NCBI GenBank assembly: GCA_043745805.1
Contig: JAYTSD010000008.1
Span: 224,001 to 288,000, forward strand
Reading direction: 5' to 3'
Length of the DNA stretch: 64,000 bases
From: Fibrobacteria bacterium
GTDB taxonomy: Bacteria > Fibrobacterota > Fibrobacteria > UBA11236
Under the pieces are notes generated by a model. It ran no database searches. It was given only the letters and a program-made list of their open reading frames with translations, and had not been told where the DNA came from. Of this stretch, positions 20,986-29,386 are shown piece after piece (position 1 is the first letter of the stretch; each line of letters opens with the position of its first letter). The position numbers were made by a program, and so were the translations under genes.

Positions 20986-22050
20986 CTAGGCATCTTCCTT
21001 TCTTAAATAATCATCTGCATTTACACTTCTCTTAAGCGTTTTGCCTATCCATTTTTTTTTGTCGTATGGCGCGATGCCATTTGCATTTCTGGGTCTAAGG
21101 GGAAAAAGATCTTCTTCAACCAATTCATGTCCTGCGGGTAAATCTTTCGTAAACCAAAGTGAACGCCTTTGAACGACAGATGTATCTACTTCATTCGCCT
21201 CAATTCTTTTTATTCCATCGCCCATAGCCAGAAATATTTCATTCGCACAGGTAACCATCTCTTGCCATGATTTGGGATTCATGGCAAATTTATGATCAGG
21301 GCCTCCACGATCGTTGTCGTCGGTAAAATGTTTTTCAAAAACTTTAGCTCCCAAGGTTACGGCACCAGCTACTGTGGCATGGCCATAAGTATGATCTGAA
21401 AGTCCTAAAATGATATCGGGATATAATTCATGATATAGCTTCAACACATTAAGATTTATGTACTTGAAGTTTTCCATACTTGCGGTGTAGTTGGTGTTGC
21501 ATTGCATGAGTACTACCTCTTTGGTTTTTTGCAAAAGAACATCCATTGCCAACGTTACCTCTTCGAAAGAAGAAGCTCCTGTTGCCATTAAAACCGGCTT
21601 ACCTTTGCTCGCAACATAATCAATAATTTCATGCCAGGTAATATCCCCAGATCCAATTTTATATACGTTAACATAGGGGTCAACATGATCCACCGATTCA
21701 AAATCATAGGGGCTGGAAAAATATTCGATGCCGACTTCATCGCATTTTTCTTTTAATTTTGAAGTCCAATCCATTGAAATACTTGCATCTTCATAAACTT
21801 CAAAAACCGATTTTTTCCAGGCATCTTGATGACTTGATATACTTTGCAAAGAATCAAATCCCGTTTTACTCACAATTTTACCTGCTTTAAAGTTTTGAAA
21901 TTTTGCAGCGTCAGCACCGGAAGCTTTTGCCAATTCAATTAATTTGTAAGCCCGTTCCAAATCTCCATCATGATTGGCCGCAATATCTGCTATGAAATAC
22001 AAGGGGCTATCATCGCCAATTGTTTTGTTTCCAATTTTTATTTTACACAT
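20986..22050 (-). CDS. Nonulosonic acid synthase (NeuB/PseI/SpsE family) with SAF domain
   Basis: IADIAANHDGD, GADAAKFQ, KIGSGD, MATGAS, GLSDHT, EKHFT, GPDH, RRSL; C-terminal SAF/AFP-like domain. Confidence 0.95.
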   Translation of the reverse strand: MCKIKIGNKTIGDDSPLYFIADIAANHDGDLERAYKLIELAKASGADAAKFQNFKAGKIVSKTGFDSLQSISSHQDAWKKSVFEVYEDASISMDWTSKLKEKCDEVGIEYFSSPYDFESVDHVDPYVNVYKIGSGDITWHEIIDYVASKGKPVLMATGASSFEEVTLAMDVLLQKTKEVVLMQCNTNYTASMENFKYINLNVLKLYHELYPDIILGLSDHTYGHATVAGAVTLGAKVFEKHFTDDNDRGGPDHKFAMNPKSWQEMVTCANEIFLAMGDGIKRIEANEVDTSVVQRRSLWFTKDLPAGHELVEEDLFPLRPRNANGIAPYDKKKWIGKTLKRSVNADDYLRKEDA

Positions 22051-22930
22051 AATTTAAAGTTTTAAATTTTTGAGTTAAAATATCGATAGTATCAAAGACA
22101 TTCGGAAGCTTACGCTGAGACATTGATTCATACAAAGTTGAATCCAAGGTTTGATCCTTGGATCGTCCCGCCCTTAGGGGGAAATCACCAATACTGGCTT
22201 TACGAATCAAAGCAGTATTCAATCCTAAATTTTTGCAGAGTTTAAATCCGAAATCATATTTTGAGATAGGCTCAATCCCAGTAACATGAAAAACACCTTT
22301 CACTGGATTATCGATAATCCATTTCAGCTCTTCAGCTAAATGCCAAATGGCAATTGGAGTAAAAATTACGTCACAAAATAAATCGATTGCTTTATCTTGA
22401 ACTAGAGTATTAATAATCCATTCCGTAAATGATTGCTTGCTTGGATTTAAATTACGCCCCACAATAGTTGTGCGTATCGCACAATGCGCTCCTTCAGTTT
22501 CCTTTATAAAATGCTCTCCCAATACTTTTGATTTTCCATAAATATTATTGGGCGACGGCGGTTCAAGCTCCGTTGCTAAATATTTTTCATCAGCAAACAC
22601 GGCATCCGATGAGATATAAATGATTCGTGCTTTGGGCGCATAGTCCATAAATTTTTTCACCGAATATCCATTTACGCAGAGTGTATGGTCTTTTTCCTCT
22701 TCACACAGATTAACATTTATTATGGCCGCACAATGAATAATGACATCTGGTTTCGCCCAATCAATTAATTCCCCAAAGGACTCCTCCGCAAGATCGAATT
22801 CCTTAAAGTTTTTAGCTTTATTATTTCGGAAATCATAATTCCCCGTGGCATAAATATTCATGAATTCTTGATAATGTTCCACTAAAGTGGCTCCCAACAT
22901 ACCAGAGGCACCTGTTATAAGAACTCTCAA
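22043..22930 (-). CDS. RmlD-like NDP-4-keto-sugar reductase
   Basis: TGASGMLG, HCAA, YISSDAVF, YGKSK; TTG start preceded by GAGG. Confidence 0.85.
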   Translation of the reverse strand: MRVLITGASGMLGATLVEHYQEFMNIYATGNYDFRNNKAKNFKEFDLAEESFGELIDWAKPDVIIHCAAIINVNLCEEEKDHTLCVNGYSVKKFMDYAPKARIIYISSDAVFADEKYLATELEPPSPNNIYGKSKVLGEHFIKETEGAHCAIRTTIVGRNLNPSKQSFTEWIINTLVQDKAIDLFCDVIFTPIAIWHLAEELKWIIDNPVKGVFHVTGIEPISKYDFGFKLCKNLGLNTALIRKASIGDFPLRAGRSKDQTLDSTLYESMSQRKLPNVFDTIDILTQKFKTLNYV

Positions 22931-23174
22931 AATATCCTCATACTCTCAACCTCAATAAATTACGGTAAAGGAAAATAAATGCCTTTATGCTTTTTTAGAA
23001 TATCACTTACAACGCTAAAAGATCAACTCAAGATAAATACATGGTTTACCATTAAAGCTGTTTTATAGACTCCGTAATATTCATTTCTTGTGGAGTTTTA
23101 GCTTTAGGAATACCTGTAATTATGCATCAAGTATAGAGTAAACAAATCCGATAATTAAATAAATAGATGCGTAG

Positions 23175-23204
23175 AAAGTAAAGCTTAAAGTAAAGCTTAA
23201 AGTA
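23175..23204. repeat. 12-bp tandem repeat AAAGTAAAGCTT x2.5 in the divergent promoter region
   Basis: AAAGTAAAGCTT AAAGTAAAGCTT AAAGTA read directly from the sequence. Confidence 0.8.
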
Positions 23205-23280
23205 GTACAAATACTTGCGCAATGGTTGCTTAAATGTTACTCTGAACAAACCTGAAATATATTAATCCAAGGAAAGTATT

Positions 23281-24369
23281 ATGAATCTCGATAATAAATC
23301 CATACTTGTTACCGGTGGAACTGGCTCTTTTGGACAAAAATTTATTCGTATGACCTTGGAAAAATTTACCCCGAAACGTTTGATTGTTTATTCTCGCGAC
23401 GAAATGAAACAATGGGATATGGCCAATCAATTTAAAGACCACCCTAAAAAAGATTTGATTCGTTTTTTTATTGGTGATATACGCGATAAATCTCGTTTAC
23501 ATCGCGCCTTAAGCGGAATAGATTATGTTATCCATGCTGCTGCCTTAAAAATTGTACCTGCTGCTGAATATAATCCTTTTGAATTCATCAAAACCAATGT
23601 TGAAGGTGCGATGAACATTATAGACGCGAGCATTGACCAAAAAGTAAAAAGAGTTATTGCTTTGAGTACGGATAAGGCTTGCAATCCAATCAACCTTTAT
23701 GGTGCAAGCAAACTTTGTTCGGATAAATTATTTGTTGCCGGAAATGCATATAGTGGAACGAACGATACCCGATTTGCTGTTGTACGTTATGGAAATGTAA
23801 TGGGAAGCCGCGGTTCCATTATACCTTTATTTAAATCCTTAGCCCCTAGTGGTGAAATTCCTGTAACGGATCCTCGCATGACTCGTTTTATGATAACGTT
23901 AGAACAAGGTGTGGAATTGGTATGGCATGCTTTATCCGATGCTATCGGTGGCGAAATTTATGTACGTAAAATTCCATCCATGAAATTACCTGACATTGCC
24001 AAAGCAATTGCTCCCGATGCAAAAATCAAATACATTGGCATAAGGCCAGGTGAAAAACTTCATGAACAAATGATAAGCGTAGAAGATTCGGCGCATTCAT
24101 ATGAATACGAAACTTATTACAAAATTTTGCCTTCTATCAATGGTTGGGATGCCGATCCAAAACGTATTAGAAAAGGACGTAAATGTCCCGAAGGATTTTC
24201 TTATTCTAGTGAAACCAATACCGATTGGTTAAGTGCCAAAGCTTTACAAAATTGGTTAAACCAAGAATATGAAAACTCTGATTTGAAACCAATCAATAAA
24301 CCAGAAAAGGTTGATTGGCAAGCCATTCCGGCATTAGCACACGGCCATAAAATCCCCATACTTCAGTAA
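23281..24369 (+). CDS. pseB: UDP-N-acetylglucosamine 4,6-dehydratase (inverting)
   Basis: TGGTGSFG, SRDEMKQ, HAAALKIVPAAEYNP, LSTDKACNPINLYGASK, RYGNVMGSRGS, MTRF, GIRPGEKLHE. Confidence 0.93.
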   Translation: MNLDNKSILVTGGTGSFGQKFIRMTLEKFTPKRLIVYSRDEMKQWDMANQFKDHPKKDLIRFFIGDIRDKSRLHRALSGIDYVIHAAALKIVPAAEYNPFEFIKTNVEGAMNIIDASIDQKVKRVIALSTDKACNPINLYGASKLCSDKLFVAGNAYSGTNDTRFAVVRYGNVMGSRGSIIPLFKSLAPSGEIPVTDPRMTRFMITLEQGVELVWHALSDAIGGEIYVRKIPSMKLPDIAKAIAPDAKIKYIGIRPGEKLHEQMISVEDSAHSYEYETYYKILPSINGWDADPKRIRKGRKCPEGFSYSSETNTDWLSAKALQNWLNQEYENSDLKPINKPEKVDWQAIPALAHGHKIPILQ

Positions 24370-24397
24370 AGCAAAAATTATAGCTATTTTTATTTGC

Positions 24398-24422
24398 GAA
24401 GTAGATTTAAATCTATTTCTTT
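24398..24422 (+). terminator. Possible terminator or palindrome downstream of pseB
   Basis: GAAGTAGATTT/AAATCTATTTC near-perfect inverted repeat followed by a short T run; AT-rich and weak. Confidence 0.3.
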
Positions 24423-24644
24423 CAACCTATGTCTCTCTAACTCACAAAAAGATGAAAATTAAAATGCCCATTGGATATATCAATTGCCCATGCTCAAATT
24501 GAGGTTTAATCGGCTCAATTAAATTGAAGATTGCTAATTTTCCTACCAAAATACCTTTCCCCATTTACATCGAAAAATAGTTTTGTACGCTCAGTTTTAT
24601 TACTTTAAAAAAAAACAGTTTTTCCTCTATCCTTGAAGTACTAA

Positions 24645-25826
24645 ATGGCCAACTATCCTTCCCTTGCACTCAAACCTGAACGCAGCAAAAATGTCATCGC
24701 AGGTCATCCTTGGATTTTTTCCGGAGCTTTATCGCAAAAGCCCAATATTGATGACGGAAGTTTGGTAAAAATTATTGATGGGAAAAATTTCCTCGGTATT
24801 GGCTATTACAATTCCAATACTGATATCGCCGTGCGCATGCTGACACGCAAAGACGAAGAAATTGATGTACAATTTTTCATCGAACGTATCACGCAAATAA
24901 AAATCCAAAAAGAAATTTGGTTACCCACAAATACCAACGCTTATCGCGTAATTTTTGGAGAAGCCGATGGATTACCAGGTCTAGTGGTAGATAAATATGC
25001 CAACGTTTTAGTGGTGCAACTGCATACCTTGGGCATGAATGTGTTAAAAACACAAATTGTCGAGGCTTTAATTGAAGTTTACAAACCGTTATCAATTGTT
25101 GAACGCAGCGATATTGCTGTGCGCAAATACGAAGGCCTAACCGATCAACCTATAGGTAACTTATATGGTACCGAAACACCAGAAGTCGAGATTTTGGAAA
25201 ACGGTTTTAAATTTATTGTTCCCGTACTAACCGGACAAAAAACCGGATTCTTTTTGGATCAACGTGAAAACCGTGCGGCCTTACAAAAATATATTGCTGG
25301 CCGAAGCCTACTCAATGCATTCTCCTATTCTGGAGGCTTCTCGGTATATGCGGCCAAGCTTGCGAAAGAAGTGGTAAGTGTCGATGTATCGGCACCAGCC
25401 ATGGAATATGCTCGGAAAAATTTTGCATTAAATCATATTCCCTTAGACCCGCATGGCTTTGTTCTTGAAGATGTTTTCGATCATTTGAAGAATTTACCAG
25501 TAGGTAAACATGATGCAATTTTACTCGATCCGCCTTCATTTGCGAAAAGCAAACATCAAGTGCCAGGCGCCATCAAAGCCTATATAACGCTTAATTCGCA
25601 GGCTTTAATGAAACTGCCAGATTATGGACTCCTAATCAGCTCATCTTGCACGACACATGTAGACCCCTACACCTTTATTAAAATACTGCATCAAAGCGCC
25701 GCCGAAGCACGCTGTACAATCAAGCTACTCGAAGCACGCGAACAACCGTTTGATCATCCTTATAATTTGGCGTTTCCCGAGGGACGCTATCTAAAGTTTT
25801 ATATCTTACAGAAATGGCCTCTGTAA
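24645..25826 (+). CDS. rlmI: 23S rRNA m5C1962 methyltransferase RlmI family
   Basis: GHPWIFSG (PUA), GEADGLPGLVVD, GQKTGFFLDQRENR, FSYSGGFS, LDPPSF, PEGRYLK. Confidence 0.9.
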   Translation: MANYPSLALKPERSKNVIAGHPWIFSGALSQKPNIDDGSLVKIIDGKNFLGIGYYNSNTDIAVRMLTRKDEEIDVQFFIERITQIKIQKEIWLPTNTNAYRVIFGEADGLPGLVVDKYANVLVVQLHTLGMNVLKTQIVEALIEVYKPLSIVERSDIAVRKYEGLTDQPIGNLYGTETPEVEILENGFKFIVPVLTGQKTGFFLDQRENRAALQKYIAGRSLLNAFSYSGGFSVYAAKLAKEVVSVDVSAPAMEYARKNFALNHIPLDPHGFVLEDVFDHLKNLPVGKHDAILLDPPSFAKSKHQVPGAIKAYITLNSQALMKLPDYGLLISSSCTTHVDPYTFIKILHQSAAEARCTIKLLEAREQPFDHPYNLAFPEGRYLKFYILQKWPL

Positions 25827-25930
25827 AACAATGCTTTACCCTCAAAATATATCAACTCATTTATTTTTTCTTCAGCCTGCTTGTGGGACTGAAACGGAAA
25901 ATATTTTTTATTAAACAGGAGATTAACCCT

Positions 25931-26386
25931 ATGCTAGAAATCGGAACCACCTTTCCTATTGAAAAACTCAGCGATGCCAAAGGTCCCATTGCCTTGAATC
26001 AAAGCGCTTATACGGTAGTGTATTTTTACCCTCAAGACGACACTCCCGGATGCACCATTGAAGCCAATGAATTTCAAAGATTAAAAGCAACTTATGATCA
26101 ACGCTTAATCCGCATCCTAGGCGTTAGCGTAGATAATACAGAATCCCATAATGCTTTCTGCGAAAAATTTTCTTTAGCCTTTGAATTAGCTACGGATAAA
26201 AATGGAGTAGTGGGTCAAGAATTCGGAATTATGAAAGGCAATGTTCACATGCGTGTTACTATTGTTTTAGATGCTGGTGCAAAAATTATTTTGGCTTATC
26301 AGAATGTACGTCCTACTGGTCATGCACAACAAATTCTTTCGGATATTGAAAAGCTTGCTGCATTAACTGACGTAAGTGTATTGTAA
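25931..26386 (+). CDS. bcp: Peroxiredoxin Bcp/PrxQ
   Basis: YFYPQDDTPGCTIEA (PxxxTxxC), GVSVD, second Cys in HNAFCEK; AGGAG RBS before ATG 25931. Confidence 0.9.
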   Translation: MLEIGTTFPIEKLSDAKGPIALNQSAYTVVYFYPQDDTPGCTIEANEFQRLKATYDQRLIRILGVSVDNTESHNAFCEKFSLAFELATDKNGVVGQEFGIMKGNVHMRVTIVLDAGAKIILAYQNVRPTGHAQQILSDIEKLAALTDVSVL

Positions 26387-26460
26387 GCTTTGAATATTAA
26401 GGTTTATCTAAAATATTTTAATCAGCTTACCATAAAAATAAAATATGCATTTTAGTCATT

Positions 26461-26493
26461 AGCCTTGGCGGTGCCTCACCGAATAAGGTTTTT
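26461..26493. terminator. Hairpin between convergent bcp and dehydrogenase genes, probable terminator
   Basis: AGCCTT-GG-CGGTG-CCT-CACCG-AAT-AAGGTT followed by TTT. Confidence 0.5.
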
Positions 26494-26524
26494 GCAAAAA
26501 CTTATTTTCCGATTTTGGTCTCTT

Positions 26525-28075
26525 TTAGAATACAATTTTTGCAAAATTGTTGCTCTTCAATGTCTGTATAGACACAAATAAAACTCCGGATAATTTATTT
26601 GTTATATGCCTTAAATCGTATTCCTTATTTGTTTGAGTATTTTCTTCAAATTTAATGTTACCTTGAATATCCCTAATCATTAAACGATACGGTTCCTTGT
26701 ACGTTACCAATAGCTTGTGGCCTATAAGCGAGAAAAGGGATGGAGAAAACAATTGGGTTCTTGTACTGCTGACTGCTCTTTGACAATCTCCAGCATACTC
26801 GATACGTAACAAGGATGTTTCTAAAGTGGAACCTAAAAACCCAGCATAATTAACCAAGTATAAAGCGCCATCAGGGCCAAATAGTAAATCGATTGGATTC
26901 TTTAATTTGAAATTAGGAAAGGAATGTCCACGTGTACTTAAAAGTCCAGATGACAAAACGGCAAGAGTATCAAGCTGTCCCGTATTAAAATCCGTTAAAA
27001 ACCAGAGCGCATCAAATTGAGGTGGAAATTTGATAGAAGAGGCCGCATAATCATCATAACGGTATACTGGGCCAGCGATAGGGCAGTTTTGACCCACCGA
27101 CAAGGTAGCAGCAATTGCTGGAGGAAGGCTTATATTTCCTTTTATGCTATCCATTAAAATGGGATGAAGTGGATCCTCACCTGCTTTTAAAACCGTGTTT
27201 GGGCCACTAAAATATGGCCATCCATAATTCCCAGCCTTATCAGATAAATTATATTCGTCGGTAATTGCGGATCCATTATCCAATCCATAATCGGCCCATG
27301 CAGCCTTCTCGGTACGCGAGTCAAAATTTATAGTATAGGGATTGTAAACTCCCATAGCGTAAATTTCAGCACGTGTTTTTGAAGTGTCGGCATTAGGGAA
27401 AAGATTTCCAGCCGGTATCGAATAGCTGCCATTTGCTAAGGGATGTATACGCAAAATCTTCCCTAATAAATTGTGTGGATCCGCGGAGGAATTATTGAAT
27501 TTATAATTTGTTCCTTGGGATATTTTTCCATCGCCCACAGTAATCCAAAGATCTTCCTTTGCATCGAAACGCATCCCACCACCAGTAATATATAGAGTAG
27601 GTGTTTTTATAATAAATAAAATATGTTCAGAACTGCTATCCAAATAATTATTTACAATGGTGAAACGAGAAATGTGCTGAGTATAATTAAGTTCATTGGA
27701 AGGCGTGTAATACAAGTAGATAAATCCGTTTTCATGAAAATTTGGGTCTAATGCAAGTCCAAGCAAACCCATCTCCCCCTCTGTTTTAACATTAAGTGAG
27801 CCTATGGTATAAACTGAATTTGTAGCAGCGCGGTAACAACGAAGCTTCCCCTTTCGCTCAGTGAAATAAACATCGACCCCTGCAGCGGAGCGAATTAAAT
27901 CCAAATGGGTAGGTTCGTCCAAACCATCGTTCGAAACACCCGCTAAGATAGTCTCATGAAAATCGGTATCGACCAAGGTGCGGCAACCAATTGGATTAGG
28001 TGCTGCATTTGAAATTTGCGGCAAATAGAGAAGTACGGAAAAAACCAAGGCTAGCTTGCAGCAATCGTATTTCAT
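26525..28075 (-). CDS. Secreted PQQ-dependent sugar dehydrogenase (GSDH beta-propeller) with small C-terminal domain
   Basis: Signal peptide; GEMGLLGLALDPNF, LLGKILRI, EIYAMGVYNP, GNYGWP, FGPDGALY; C-terminal RDIQGNIK...SGVLFV. Confidence 0.85.
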   Translation of the reverse strand: MKYDCCKLALVFSVLLYLPQISNAAPNPIGCRTLVDTDFHETILAGVSNDGLDEPTHLDLIRSAAGVDVYFTERKGKLRCYRAATNSVYTIGSLNVKTEGEMGLLGLALDPNFHENGFIYLYYTPSNELNYTQHISRFTIVNNYLDSSSEHILFIIKTPTLYITGGGMRFDAKEDLWITVGDGKISQGTNYKFNNSSADPHNLLGKILRIHPLANGSYSIPAGNLFPNADTSKTRAEIYAMGVYNPYTINFDSRTEKAAWADYGLDNGSAITDEYNLSDKAGNYGWPYFSGPNTVLKAGEDPLHPILMDSIKGNISLPPAIAATLSVGQNCPIAGPVYRYDDYAASSIKFPPQFDALWFLTDFNTGQLDTLAVLSSGLLSTRGHSFPNFKLKNPIDLLFGPDGALYLVNYAGFLGSTLETSLLRIEYAGDCQRAVSSTRTQLFSPSLFSLIGHKLLVTYKEPYRLMIRDIQGNIKFEENTQTNKEYDLRHITNKLSGVLFVSIQTLKSNNFAKIVF

Positions 28076-28298
28076 AGTAAGTCCTTTTTAGTCTCAAATG
28101 ACTTCTTAAATTTGCTCTCGAATACATTTTTATGCTGCTAAAATTAAATCTTGATGAGGATTTTTTGTCCTCACCTAGAATAAGGTTAATGCCTTTGACT
28201 AAAGGATCGATTTTACGCGTCGAAAACTTTCAATCGTGTAGACATAACTTGAAGCAGTTTTTCTGTATGTTCTTGGGGTAAAAAACTATGCTCATTAT

Positions 28299-28356
28299 TA
28301 TACCTGAACGGGTATACTTACTTTAAGTTCGCACAATTTATACCTAATCGGGTATA
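28299..28356. promoter_or_regulatory. Two copies of an 18-bp palindromic operator-like site
   Basis: TATACCTGAACGGGTATA (28299-28316) and TATACCTAATCGGGTATA (28339-28356), both TATACC-N6-GGTATA, 40 bp apart. Confidence 0.7.
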
Positions 28357-28395
28357 AACATTAATAAAGTTATAACTGTGCAAAGTGATTAAATC

Positions 28396-28473
28396 CTAAA
28401 ATTCAAGTCTAGCCTTCTTTGCGATGCTACCACCGGTCTTGCCTGCTTGGGCATTTTCAACCATACCTTTAGC
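28396..28473 (-). pseudogene. Remnant resembling the C-terminus of Bro-N/antirepressor-like proteins
   Basis: Minus strand reads AKGMVENAQAGKTGGSIAKKARLEF*, bounded upstream by an in-frame TAA (28488-28486). Family similarity is recalled, not searched. Confidence 0.5.
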
Positions 28474-28711
28474 CCTTATACTGATTTAAAGACAATTTTT
28501 TATGGGTCAAATTGCCTTTCTTGGTTAACAAAAAGACAAAGGTGTGGGTAACTTTCATCGCTCAAAAGTATGTTCCAAAAAAGTTTTTGAACAATTACAT
28601 AAGTCCATGATTTTTTAGAGTATAACTATTATTAGTTCAATAAAACCACAAAAAGAATTTTGGAAGCAGAAACATCGGAGCTAATTAACCATCATAAAGA
28701 GGTTTCAAACA

Positions 28712-28851
28712 TGGCGTTTCCCGCGTGAGGGATGGTAAGGGTGGTCAGTGCGCAGTACCGTAGCGCAGCGAAGCCCTGCACAGCCCGACCTCCTAGAGGC
28801 GAACATTATACGCCATCAAAAAAATCTATGCGCCTCTAGGTGGACACGTCA
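28712..28851 (+). ncRNA. GC-rich multibranch structured element, Flavo-1-like RNA/repeat candidate
   Basis: Closing stem TGGCGTTTCC/GGACACGTCA; GGGAT...AGCCC stem; AGGG/CCCT; perfect 10-bp CCTAGAGGCG/CGCCTCTAGG stem. Strand is inferred. Confidence 0.55.
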
Positions 28852-28944
28852 AATAACAAAAAACTGAATTCGCGGAATTTTAAATATCTTGCTCGGGACA
28901 AACCAATACTAACCTACGATGTTCGCAAGCTTCGCTATATTAGT

Positions 28945-29325
28945 TTACAGTTTTTTCTTAGCATTGGGATGAGCCACAGGCTTGGGATTTTTTTTGATCT
29001 TATTAATATATTTATTACTAGGCTTAGTAATAGTTTTGAGTAGTGGCTTTACAACTACCGTAGGGGTTATTGCCGCTTTTTTAAGTAAAACCGAAAGTTC
29101 ACGATACAAAGGGAATTCCGCATTCAAAGCAAAAAATTTGCGATGACCTTCTTTCCAACCTGCAACCACATTTCCTTCTTCTAAATGCTTCAATTGGGTT
29201 TGCACAGCAAATAGTTGCAGGTCGAGTTTTTCTTCGAGCTCGCCTAAAAAGGCTTTTTTATTCAAAGCCAAATACACTAAGATTTTGCATCTCGCGTCCG
29301 AACCAATAATTGAACTTAAAATCAT
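28945..29325 (-). CDS. Winged helix-turn-helix (ArsR-like) DNA-binding protein with basic tail
   Basis: IIGSDARCKIL...AVQTQLKHLEEGNVV...GHRKFFALN..FPLYREL; Lys-rich C-terminus; GAGG RBS. Confidence 0.75.
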   Translation of the reverse strand: MILSSIIGSDARCKILVYLALNKKAFLGELEEKLDLQLFAVQTQLKHLEEGNVVAGWKEGHRKFFALNAEFPLYRELSVLLKKAAITPTVVVKPLLKTITKPSNKYINKIKKNPKPVAHPNAKKKL

Positions 29326-29386
29326 ATTTTCCTCAGACCTAAGATAATGCGGTTTACCTTATTAGCCCGTGGAAATGTGATCTTTT

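Noticed and set aside
25814-25930. N-terminal extension of bcp
   Set aside because: ATG 25931 has an AGGAG RBS and matches typical Bcp length.
28299-28356. Twin 18-bp repeats as a mini-CRISPR
   Set aside because: Only two short copies with a 22-bp gap and no cas genes; an operator interpretation fits better.
28155-28593. Minor inverted repeats TGAGGA-N7-TCCTCA (28155-28173) and TGTTC..AAAAA/TTTTTGAACA (28571-28593)
   Set aside because: Single occurrences that could arise by chance in AT-rich DNA.
28840-29043. 67-aa plus-strand ORF
   Set aside because: It starts inside the structured element, overlaps the wHTH gene antisense and has no protein-like features.
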